This document shows positions 10,894 to 19,455 of a stretch of 64,000 nucleotides of DNA, piece by piece. Below the pieces are notes generated by a model. That model was given only the letters and a program-made list of their open reading frames with translations, searched no databases and had not been told where the DNA came from. Position numbers and translations under genes: made by a program. Each line of letters starts with the position of its first letter. Within the stretch, counting starts at the first letter, position 1. The DNA is taken from contig CAXXMR010000009.1 of assembly GCA_963663805.2 (NCBI GenBank), forward strand, positions 224,001 to 288,000, given 5' to 3'. The stretch is from Sedimentisphaerales bacterium. GTDB taxonomy: Bacteria > Planctomycetota > Phycisphaerae > Sedimentisphaerales > SM23-30.

Positions 10894-11856
10894 ATGAATT
10901 ACCCTAATGCCTTTACCAAAAAAGCCTTTACTCTCGTCGAGTTGCTCGTGGTGGTAGCAATTATTGCCCTGCTGGTAAGCCTCCTCCTGCCCGCCGTGGG
11001 CAGAATCAGACAGGCCGCCAAGGAAACCAAGCTAAAGGCCACCTTCCACGCCATCGACATGGGACTCGAACAGTTCCTTTCCGACCACGGTTCGTATCCA
11101 AGTTCAGAAGTCCCGGCTTCGTCATATCAGCATATGGTTAAGAGAATCGATGGTTCTAATCCCAACGATTTTTACGATGCTTCCGGGGATTATCTCGACA
11201 TGGGAGCGCATCTACTGGCCGAATCAATGTTCGGTCTGGACCAGTTGGGATATTCTGACACCAGAGGCACCTCGGCGTTTACGGATGTTCGTATATATAA
11301 CGTCGATTCAGCAACCGGCGACCCGGTTAATGAAGATATGTCTGCTCTGGTCAAACGCTACGGTCCTTATGTAGCCACGGAAAATCTCGAAATCGCCAGG
11401 ATGTCTGATATTACCGAGAAACCTGTCAACTATGACCCAGGCAATCATTTTCCCGCCTGGGATAACCCAAATCCGGTAATTATGGACGGCCTGACAAATA
11501 ATGTCGCCAAACAAAGGCCAATCCTCTATTTCCGGGCCCGCAAATCGGAAAGACTGCTTCAAAATATTTTCAGCTATGCCGACAACTGGATGATTATCGA
11601 GCCGTTTGGAGTCGTGGGAATATACCGGGGTTATGCTGCAAACTACCCCGTTCCCGGTGCCACCGAACCCATGAAGGAGTTCCAATATTTTATCTGGGAC
11701 CAGAATACCGGAATTGGCAACACTCTCCTTGACCGCCAGAGCAGTGCAACCGCCCGGCCATATCGCGCCGATTCCTATATCCTCTGGAGTGCCGGCAGTG
11801 ACGGCGAATTCGGCACTGCCGACGACATAACCAACTTCACCCGGAGAGAGCAGTAA
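10894..11856 (+). CDS. Prepilin / GspG-like pseudopilin
   Basis: [17 protein letters not shown]-methylation motif with E5; C-terminal YILWSAGSDGEFGTADDI (GspG-type). Confidence 0.85.
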   Translation: MNYPNAFTKKAFTLVELLVVVAIIALLVSLLLPAVGRIRQAAKETKLKATFHAIDMGLEQFLSDHGSYPSSEVPASSYQHMVKRIDGSNPNDFYDASGDYLDMGAHLLAESMFGLDQLGYSDTRGTSAFTDVRIYNVDSATGDPVNEDMSALVKRYGPYVATENLEIARMSDITEKPVNYDPGNHFPAWDNPNPVIMDGLTNNVAKQRPILYFRARKSERLLQNIFSYADNWMIIEPFGVVGIYRGYAANYPVPGATEPMKEFQYFIWDQNTGIGNTLLDRQSSATARPYRADSYILWSAGSDGEFGTADDITNFTRREQ

Positions 11857-12557
11857 TGTCTTACGCTTCAACCGTAAAAAATAAACGTGCCTTCACCCTC
11901 ATCGAAATGCTGGTCGTGGTGGCCGTCATCGTCATCCTCCTCAGCATCGTCGCCGGTGTCGGTCGGAACGTCTATACCAAAGCCCAGATTCGCAATACCG
12001 AAGCAACCATAACAACCCTATCAACAATCCTTCAGGAATACCAGAATCAAAATAAAAACCGTGATTTCCCCACACCTACCACCGTGGCTCCTGCCCCTGT
12101 AAATGACTTATCTGATTTTGATTTACTTAGAAAACGTTTTGGTTACTTCTATCATGGCAACGAAAACTACATTGCTGTGGTTGATTGTAAGGCGGGCGAT
12201 CACGACGTTTTTACCTGGGATGATGAGTCTGACTTTACCGATGACATCAAGCCTGTTGCTGACCATAGAGCCGACCGCCTCTACGCTCGTGCCTCCATCG
12301 AGTTCATGTATCAGTTCCTCGATGAAGTAACCGCCTGCCGCGAGAAGTTAGCCAAGCTCCCTGAATCGGTGGTTGTCAACTCCGATAAAGACAGCATCTA
12401 CCTTTTCGACCGCACCAAGCCCCTGCTGGAGATTGTTGACGCCTGGGACCATCCTCTGATGTACGAAGCGACCTCCGGCAATTTCCCCACCATAACCTCC
12501 GCCGGCCCCGACGGCATGTTCGACACCGCCGACGATATTATTTCCTCGGAGTTTTGA
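11856..12557 (+). CDS. Prepilin / GspG-like pseudopilin
   Basis: KRA|FTLIEMLVV; DAWDHPLMY...ITSAGPDGMFDTADDI GspG-like C-terminus; TAATG coupling to the previous gene. Confidence 0.85.
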   Translation: MSYASTVKNKRAFTLIEMLVVVAVIVILLSIVAGVGRNVYTKAQIRNTEATITTLSTILQEYQNQNKNRDFPTPTTVAPAPVNDLSDFDLLRKRFGYFYHGNENYIAVVDCKAGDHDVFTWDDESDFTDDIKPVADHRADRLYARASIEFMYQFLDEVTACREKLAKLPESVVVNSDKDSIYLFDRTKPLLEIVDAWDHPLMYEATSGNFPTITSAGPDGMFDTADDIISSEF

Positions 12558-12593
12558 CCTACCCAAAGCCCGCCCGGACAAATACAATATAGT

Positions 12594-13484
12594 ATGAACG
12601 ATAAACAAAAACATATCAGAGCCGCGCACGTGAGTAAGCGGTTGCCGTTAAATCAATCACCAGCCCCCCAGGCCAACCCGCACCGTCCCCCTCATGCCTT
12701 ACGCCTCATGCCTCATGCCTTCTCTCTAGTCGAACTGCTGGTGGTGGTGGCCATCATCGCCCTGATGGCGACCCTGGTCCTGCCCGCCATCTCCAACATC
12801 ATGCGTTCCAACAAAATGGGCGCCACCGAAAACATCATCAGAGGTATGATCGCCACCGCCCGCGCCTACGCTGCCGAAAACCAAAAATACGCCGGTATCA
12901 GATTCCAAAAAGCCGCCAACAACAGACAATACCTCGTACTTATCGAAAAAGTAAGCGCCGCCGACCCTCGCCAATATCAAGCCGTCCCCAATCGTAAACC
13001 AGTTGCTCTCCCTATCGGAATCAGTCTACTTTCCGGCGATGTTTCTGTGGATACTGACATTGATGATGATGATACTGACAGCTTCAATCTTGTATTAGAA
13101 GGCCAACAAACGTTTTCAATAATTTTCTCACCTACCGGCCAATTAGTTATTAAACAGGTCGAAGTCCATGCTCGCGACAATGAAGATGAAGTTTTCGGTG
13201 GTGAAGCCGAAACTCTGCCGCCCGCACCGCCGGCATTGCTCTCATATGATAATGAATATAGATATGATCATACTGCTGGTACTGTGACTGCTGGTCCGTC
13301 ACCTTCTGCTTGGTGTGATGGTTGGGAAACCAGCACCACGAGTTTTTACATTTACGAAGATGAAGCCCTCAAAGAGCTAAACCCCGCCACCCGCTACACC
13401 GATTTCGTCAATCTGGAACAAACTCTCGACCAGATTCGTTTTGTCCTCCTGAACCAGTACACCGGCCAGGCCATCAAGGACTAG
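12594..13484 (+). CDS. Minor pilin (FimT/GspH-like) with an unusually long, repeat-derived leader; alternative in-frame ATG at 12708
   Basis: [21 protein letters not shown] helix and IIFSPTG motif typical of GspH/FimT. Confidence 0.8.
   Translation: MNDKQKHIRAAHVSKRLPLNQSPAPQANPHRPPHALRLMPHAFSLVELLVVVAIIALMATLVLPAISNIMRSNKMGATENIIRGMIATARAYAAENQKYAGIRFQKAANNRQYLVLIEKVSAADPRQYQAVPNRKPVALPIGISLLSGDVSVDTDIDDDDTDSFNLVLEGQQTFSIIFSPTGQLVIKQVEVHARDNEDEVFGGEAETLPPAPPALLSYDNEYRYDHTAGTVTAGPSPSAWCDGWETSTTSFYIYEDEALKELNPATRYTDFVNLEQTLDQIRFVLLNQYTGQAIKD
12616..12718 (+). repeat. REP-like unit plus 4 x 7-nt tandem repeat inside the pilin leader
   Basis: TCAGAGCCGCGCACGTGAGTAAGCGGTTGCCGTTAAAT (12616-12653) nearly matches 19218-19254; CTCATGC CTTACGC CTCATGC CTCATGC at 12691-12718. 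Confidence 0.8.
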
Positions 13485-13495
13485 GGAGAGCAGAC

Positions 13496-14671
13496 ATGAA
13501 AAGAAATCATAAAAAAGCATTCTCACTAATGGAAGTCCTGCTCTCAGTGACAATCCTCGCTCTGGGCATGATCTTCGTAGCAACCCAGTTCCCCATGGGA
13601 CTGGCAAACGCCCGAGAAGTCGCCGAAAAAACCCAGACCATCATCAACGAACATAACACCACCGTACAAACAGAACTGAATATTCGAACATTTGACCCTT
13701 GTTATATTGGCAACGGCGATTTGATTATTGATACCAGTACCCCAACTCTTCCTACCCCCTCTACTTTGCCATTACCGTTGTTAACCAGAGTCCGTTTCCT
13801 TTGCCAGCCCAATATCCGCATTGATTCAGATGATTTTGTAATGGACGACCCCACGGACAATGCCTTTGATATTTTGCCAACAATAGATTTTAACTATGAC
13901 AAACCTGCGACCGGGACAGGTGTAAAAAACGAAGTGCCGAATAATATTTTTCTTTACGATTCCAGCAATACCACCGATACCCTCTCCGCGGAAAACTATG
14001 GCACTGTAGTTTATCCGCCCGTAACCCGCGACGACCCCGCAGTTCAGGCCTATCTTGATTTACCCAATGTTGCCGACATTACTACCATTACCGAACAGGA
14101 ATGGGCCGGAGCTATCTACGATACCGCCCTGGAACGCAACTACGCCACCGCTACCCTTTATCGTTCGATGGGGAATCGCACCCTGCGTCTTTACAATTTC
14201 ACCCTGCGTATATCAAACAAAAACCTCCGCTATCCTGTACAGGATATATCAACCGCAAATCCCTACGAGTTCCCCGAACCATACGCTGATACAGAAGACC
14301 GCAAATTTCCCATTCCCTGGCGGGTGGATTTGGACCCATCGAACCCTATTGTTTATGACAATTTAATCTTAAACAGCGACCCGCTCGACCGGTTCGTCCT
14401 GAACGATTACACCCAAAACGATAATTTCGCGGACAACATCGAAACCTTTCTCCGTGAAGGCTCCGTTCTGGTCGAGTCCTCCAACGGCCAACTGTTTTAC
14501 ATAGAAGAAATCTACCTTACAGAAGATAGCGACTGGATGGTGAAGATTACGCCGGACATCAAGGCTAATATTTACGGTTTCTGGATATTCCCCCCCGCGT
14601 TCGACTCCGACGGCCTGTTCACCGACCAGCAGCCCGTCATCAGCGTTGCCCAGCAGATAGTACAATGGTAG
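13496..14671 (+). CDS. Minor pilin (PilV/GspI-like)
   Basis: KKA|FSLMEVLLSVTILALGMI motif; position in the minor pilin series. Confidence 0.8.
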   Translation: MKRNHKKAFSLMEVLLSVTILALGMIFVATQFPMGLANAREVAEKTQTIINEHNTTVQTELNIRTFDPCYIGNGDLIIDTSTPTLPTPSTLPLPLLTRVRFLCQPNIRIDSDDFVMDDPTDNAFDILPTIDFNYDKPATGTGVKNEVPNNIFLYDSSNTTDTLSAENYGTVVYPPVTRDDPAVQAYLDLPNVADITTITEQEWAGAIYDTALERNYATATLYRSMGNRTLRLYNFTLRISNKNLRYPVQDISTANPYEFPEPYADTEDRKFPIPWRVDLDPSNPIVYDNLILNSDPLDRFVLNDYTQNDNFADNIETFLREGSVLVESSNGQLFYIEEIYLTEDSDWMVKITPDIKANIYGFWIFPPAFDSDGLFTDQQPVISVAQQIVQW

Positions 14672-14679
14672 GAGCATCG

Positions 14680-15819
14680 ATGATTTTACCCCCTTCATAC
14701 AATCCTAAATCTCGCGGCGTTACCCTTGTCGAACTGCTCGTCGCCGTGGTGATTATGATCATGGTCTTGCTCATGACCTCCATGATTTTCAAAAGCTCGA
14801 CCGAGGCATCAGGCCGGGCCACCGCCCACGCCGACATTATGCGCCAGCTCCGGGCCCTCACCGAACAAATCGACAAAGATTTCGCCCATCTCCGCCCCGA
14901 TATGCCTATGGCGGTATGCTTCGAAGGCGACTGGGAGGATTACGACAACGACGGCTTCAATGATGGATTCATTCGCCACGACCGTATAGTTTTCTTTACC
15001 CACGGCGACTTTCAGGATGTTTACGGTATCCGCGGCAACCTCGCCCGAATCTTCTACGGCCAATCCTCAGACACCCTCAATACCCCCGAAACCGAAACTA
15101 TTTCACCTGAAAGACGAATCTTGGCTAGAAGAACAAAAATTCTGACTCCGGATTCAACTCTGGGACTGGTTTCGCACCCCGCCAGTACAGGTTGGGGGGC
15201 TTCGCCAGCTTATACTGCTATCTCTGCCAGTAACTATGATGAAATAACCTACGAAAACGCCACCGAATCAGAATGGAAGCAGGATGTTTTCCAGAGCTAT
15301 GTCGACCACCATCTTCGCGTAAATACCGCAGCTCTGCCCGACAATCCCGCCGCTCGCCGTTCTATAATGCGTCGCCCCAATATTAGCCTGGCATCAAATG
15401 ATCTTACTCAAAGCATGTATTTTCTGCCCGACACTACAAATTTTCAGATAGATGTTTGGTTTGGTGGTACTTCCGCAGCATTTGCCGGTATTAATAACTA
15501 TTGGGTTAATCGTTGGCTGCCGGATATAATAGATATTGACTCAGGGGTTTTCATGATTAATGCCGGGTCTACAGATTTGGGCTTCTATTTTAACGCGCCC
15601 GGCCCGGTTGCTCCTTCTTATACGCCCAATACGCCTTTTCAGTTAGATGGATATATTGATTGGTATTCTGTGGATGCCTTATCAAATACAACTTATACCG
15701 GCCTTTCCAACCCCTGGCCTCGCGCCCTGCGTTTTACCTTCACCTTGTACGACCAGAATCGCCGTTATTACCCCGAAGGCCTGACATTCAGCTATTTAGT
15801 CAAACTTCCTCAGCCTTAA
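14680..15819 (+). CDS. Minor pilin (PilW/GspJ-like)
   Basis: RG|VTLVELLVAVVI; LTEQIDKDF helix; C-terminal WPRALRFTFTLYD. Start moved to the ATG at 14680, which follows AGGAG. Confidence 0.8.
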   Translation: MILPPSYNPKSRGVTLVELLVAVVIMIMVLLMTSMIFKSSTEASGRATAHADIMRQLRALTEQIDKDFAHLRPDMPMAVCFEGDWEDYDNDGFNDGFIRHDRIVFFTHGDFQDVYGIRGNLARIFYGQSSDTLNTPETETISPERRILARRTKILTPDSTLGLVSHPASTGWGASPAYTAISASNYDEITYENATESEWKQDVFQSYVDHHLRVNTAALPDNPAARRSIMRRPNISLASNDLTQSMYFLPDTTNFQIDVWFGGTSAAFAGINNYWVNRWLPDIIDIDSGVFMINAGSTDLGFYFNAPGPVAPSYTPNTPFQLDGYIDWYSVDALSNTTYTGLSNPWPRALRFTFTLYDQNRRYYPEGLTFSYLVKLPQP

Positions 15820-15901
15820 CCACTGGTCGAACTGACTGGACACCCGTATAATCTTACAGAGGTTTAGTAGAAGATACGAGAATCCATAAAACGGTGAAAA
15901 A

Positions 15902-18900
15902 ATGAATAAAAATCCCCAAAATCCTGTTATCAAGTCAAAAAGAAACCGCGGCTCAGCCCTTATCCTCGCCGTCATCACCGTAGTACTGCTCTTTATCATC
16001 GGCTCAACCTTCCTCATGACCACCCAAACCGAAAAAAGAACCGTTGCAACCATAGAAACCACAACCAACCTAAACGCTGCTGTAGATGCCGTAGTCGAAC
16101 AAATCAACGAAGTTTTAGTAAAGGATTTGGTGGGCAGTGACGGAAATCTTCTCAATAACGATTCCGGCGCCTCCGACGAACCATACGACTACCCTGGCGA
16201 AGCGGACCCTTGGTTGGCATCACTCGAACCAACTTTTACTTACGATTCCAGCAGCAATGTCCGCTATATCTGGCCCCACATTACCGACCTTTGGGATGAC
16301 TTTCCATATTTTGGACAGTGGAATTTCCCCGTTGCCGGTGACAGTGATATAGATCATTCCCTGTACTTCTTCGACCCGGACAATCGTTATGACACCGACC
16401 AATATGACACTTCCAAATGGACAGATTCGCAATTCTATTATGTTTCTGAGTTTAATCTGGAAGCTAAAATAATAGACCCGGAAGAGGAAATTCTTGCTCC
16501 GATTCCTGATAATGATACTTCCTGGGACAATGATACGGATTGGCCCAGCCCCCTGATTTACGCCCCGGTTAGCAATCATTATTCCGGTATGCGTGCCGAT
16601 GCCGATGGTGACGGCGTGGCCGACTCCCGCTGGACCAGAATTCCCAACATGACCGCTGCTGACGGCTCAAGCCTCTACGCCGCCGTACGCATAATCGACA
16701 ACTCCGCCATGATAAATGTCAATACCGCCTATCGCTACCCCGACCCCACCGTGGTTACCACCGGCAGCCCTGAATGGGATGGAACCAGACTTTCGCATGT
16801 CAATCTCGATGGTATACGTGCCTCCGGGGATAGTTTTGCTAACGTGGAATATTATTTGCAAAATTGGCGTTATGGCTCTGATATTGTCGCCAATAGCGGC
16901 AGACCCGATACTGACGATTACGCCAACGATACCCAGTACGACGACGATGTCGCCCGCAGACTGCGCAACCCAAACGTACTTAACATTTCCGGTACAGATT
17001 ATTATTACACCCCTTACGACCTCAAAGATGAACTTGAACTTCGCAACAGGTTTTTCATTACGTCCCTGATGGGCACGCGCATGGGCGGAAGATTAGGCCC
17101 CAACCACGACCAGATTTATGGCCTTCAGGTCACTTTCGACCCGTTCCCCGAAACAGTAGGCAAGGAACTGCCTTATGACCTCTCCGATACGGTCAGCAAT
17201 TGGTATGATAAGATAAAACCTGAAAGCGACGAACCCACAACGCTGGGAAACGGAGTAATCGGAGACTATAACCGAAGAATCTTAGCGACTACATATAACT
17301 ATGACCGGCAAATTCTGCCGCGTCCTCAAGGTTTTACTGGCTGGCCGTTGACCGATGGTACCGAAACCATGGAGAATACGGTCCTGGCTCCGCAACTGGA
17401 CGCTTGGACCAATTGGAATACTGGTGGTGCCAATCTTAATTATCGAAAAATATGTATTGAAGATGTTACCCCTACCGGTGCTGGTGGTACTCCTTCGCTT
17501 GGAGCTTTAGCCGCGGCAATTTGGATGGGGCTGCCCGATGGCACTACCCTTGCCAATGACCCCACGATAACTGCTTTGGCTACCAGTACAGATCCAATTT
17601 TGGTGTCAACTTTGGCAGCCGCAAATCTTCGTGAGCGCATTGCCTGCCAGCTGGCGGTTAATCTGTATGACTATATCGATAATGACCATCTGTCGCAGTA
17701 TTTTACGGTAGGTACTAATACCTACTATGGTTATGAGTCTCAGGGACACCACGTTTACATATCAAGATTGGGCTATACCTATTGGAACGATGGGACAACT
17801 TTAGATGAGGACTACGCAATTGTACTTTATAATGCCGGACCTGGCACTGCTGATTTAGCTGGATGGACAATCAGTATAACAGGGCATTCGCCATATACTA
17901 TTACAGGTCCTGCTACGCTAAACACCAATCAGATGTATGCGGTTTTTAATGGTACTACCCAGGGATTTAAGACCACCGATTTTGGTGCCTGTGAGGCCGG
18001 AGCCGGTATTGTTTTTGCCAATAACAATGTAATAACTCTATGGGATCCAACCGGTGTCCCCTCTGATAGTATAACCTGTACGGGCTTGACAAATTCTGGT
18101 TCTCTTACCGGAACCCTTGAAGCTTATGACACTCCCGACCGAACCAGAAGAGAGATTGATACTGTCGAAGCCTGGGGGCCTGTCGCTGCTTTTAATGGGT
18201 CTGAACCTACAGTTGGCGATACTGACCTCAACATCCTGCCCGCTGCCGCCGCGAATGCTTTAGTTGCCCCTGATTTTATTCAGAATGAATGTCTCGATCT
18301 CGCGGCTGGTCAATATCTTACTTCACTTGCCGAAATTCCCTATGCTTTGATGATAGGAACTGTTGATTGGGGTGGTGATATTCTGCCTTTGAGTTACCAC
18401 TTTCATGAAGTTATGGTTACGCCATTTGTTCCTCCGATTAACGCTGCTACTACTCCCACTGCCCTTGCTTTGGGGCGGCTTGATATGGGTAATCCCGATT
18501 ATCAAAATCTTCTTCAATATTTAACAATCAAACATTTTTCGCCCTGGAGTGATACCGTGGATAATGATGGTGACGGCACTCCAGATGATTTAGATGAAAT
18601 TACCATCGCCGGCCGCATCAACATTAACACCGCCCCCTGGTTTGTTATTTCTCAACTGCCTTGGATGGTGGACCATGACGCCTCTGTATCTGCTTTGGAA
18701 AATGTCCGACTTGCCAATGCCATTACTGCTTACCGGGACATGACCAATACCCTGGCTTTTTGGACGCCTGCTTCTAATGTCGGTCCTGACTATTCGACCA
18801 ACCGTACTGCAACTGGGATTGCCGGAGTGCGTACCGCCCCCGGCTTTGCTTCTGTTGCGGAATTACTTAATGTTACTAACACCGGTGGGTTTGACCCATA

Positions 18901-19195
18901 TTTTGATATTCGCAGGTATATTGACGCAACTTATGACCCCGGTAATTTAGTGGGGGCTCCTGATTACACCGCTGATACCGTCGGCGACGACCTCGAAGAA
19001 CGCGACATTCTGTTCCAGCGTATCAGCAACCTCGCCACTGTTCGCAGTGATGTCTTTACGGCCTATATCCTGGTGAGGGAGGGAGAGAGCGGGCCTCAGA
19101 AGCGGGTTATTGCTATCTTCGACCGCAGTAACGTTTATACCGCCAGCGACCGGCCCCGCCTGGTGGCGATGCAGGAAGTCCCCGACCCCCGCTAA
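15902..19195 (+). CDS. Large PilX/GspK-like tip pilin (1097 aa)
   Basis: RG|SALILAVITVVLL lacking E5; INVNTA/ININTAP and FASVAELLNV GspK-like motifs; TVRSDVFTAY C-terminus; lamin-tail-like LYNAGPGTADLAGWTI. Confidence 0.75.
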   Translation: MNKNPQNPVIKSKRNRGSALILAVITVVLLFIIGSTFLMTTQTEKRTVATIETTTNLNAAVDAVVEQINEVLVKDLVGSDGNLLNNDSGASDEPYDYPGEADPWLASLEPTFTYDSSSNVRYIWPHITDLWDDFPYFGQWNFPVAGDSDIDHSLYFFDPDNRYDTDQYDTSKWTDSQFYYVSEFNLEAKIIDPEEEILAPIPDNDTSWDNDTDWPSPLIYAPVSNHYSGMRADADGDGVADSRWTRIPNMTAADGSSLYAAVRIIDNSAMINVNTAYRYPDPTVVTTGSPEWDGTRLSHVNLDGIRASGDSFANVEYYLQNWRYGSDIVANSGRPDTDDYANDTQYDDDVARRLRNPNVLNISGTDYYYTPYDLKDELELRNRFFITSLMGTRMGGRLGPNHDQIYGLQVTFDPFPETVGKELPYDLSDTVSNWYDKIKPESDEPTTLGNGVIGDYNRRILATTYNYDRQILPRPQGFTGWPLTDGTETMENTVLAPQLDAWTNWNTGGANLNYRKICIEDVTPTGAGGTPSLGALAAAIWMGLPDGTTLANDPTITALATSTDPILVSTLAAANLRERIACQLAVNLYDYIDNDHLSQYFTVGTNTYYGYESQGHHVYISRLGYTYWNDGTTLDEDYAIVLYNAGPGTADLAGWTISITGHSPYTITGPATLNTNQMYAVFNGTTQGFKTTDFGACEAGAGIVFANNNVITLWDPTGVPSDSITCTGLTNSGSLTGTLEAYDTPDRTRREIDTVEAWGPVAAFNGSEPTVGDTDLNILPAAAANALVAPDFIQNECLDLAAGQYLTSLAEIPYALMIGTVDWGGDILPLSYHFHEVMVTPFVPPINAATTPTALALGRLDMGNPDYQNLLQYLTIKHFSPWSDTVDNDGDGTPDDLDEITIAGRININTAPWFVISQLPWMVDHDASVSALENVRLANAITAYRDMTNTLAFWTPASNVGPDYSTNRTATGIAGVRTAPGFASVAELLNVTNTGGFDPYFDIRRYIDATYDPGNLVGAPDYTADTVGDDLEERDILFQRISNLATVRSDVFTAYILVREGESGPQKRVIAIFDRSNVYTASDRPRLVAMQEVPDPR

Positions 19196-19217
19196 AACGC
19201 CACCCGCAACCCACCTG

Positions 19218-19346
19218 TCAGAGCCGCGCACGTAAGTAAGCGGTGCCGTTAAATTAAAATACCCCTGCCGAAGGCAGGCACCACGCCGTTAATCATTCAA
19301 CCCTCGACCGCAGGTCGAAACCGCGCCGTTCACTCATGCCTCATGC
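19218..19346 (+). repeat. REP/BIME-like mosaic: three hairpin units with 40-bp periodicity
   Basis: GCCGTT at 19245, 19285 and 19325; hairpins CCTGCC-GAA-GGCAGG and TCGACC-GCA-GGTCGA; trailing CTCATGC x2. Confidence 0.7.
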
Positions 19347-19455
19347 TCCGCCCGCCTTGCCCGTCAATCTGAACTCTGACAGAACCCAAAAAAAACGATT
19401 TTCGGCCTCAAAAACGCGATTTTATTGAAATTTTCTCGAAAAACGTGAAATTTTC

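Noticed and set aside
19218..19346. CRISPR mini-array
   Set aside because: Only 6 bp (GCCGTT) are constant, the variable parts are themselves hairpins, the 40-bp period is too short, and there are no cas genes.
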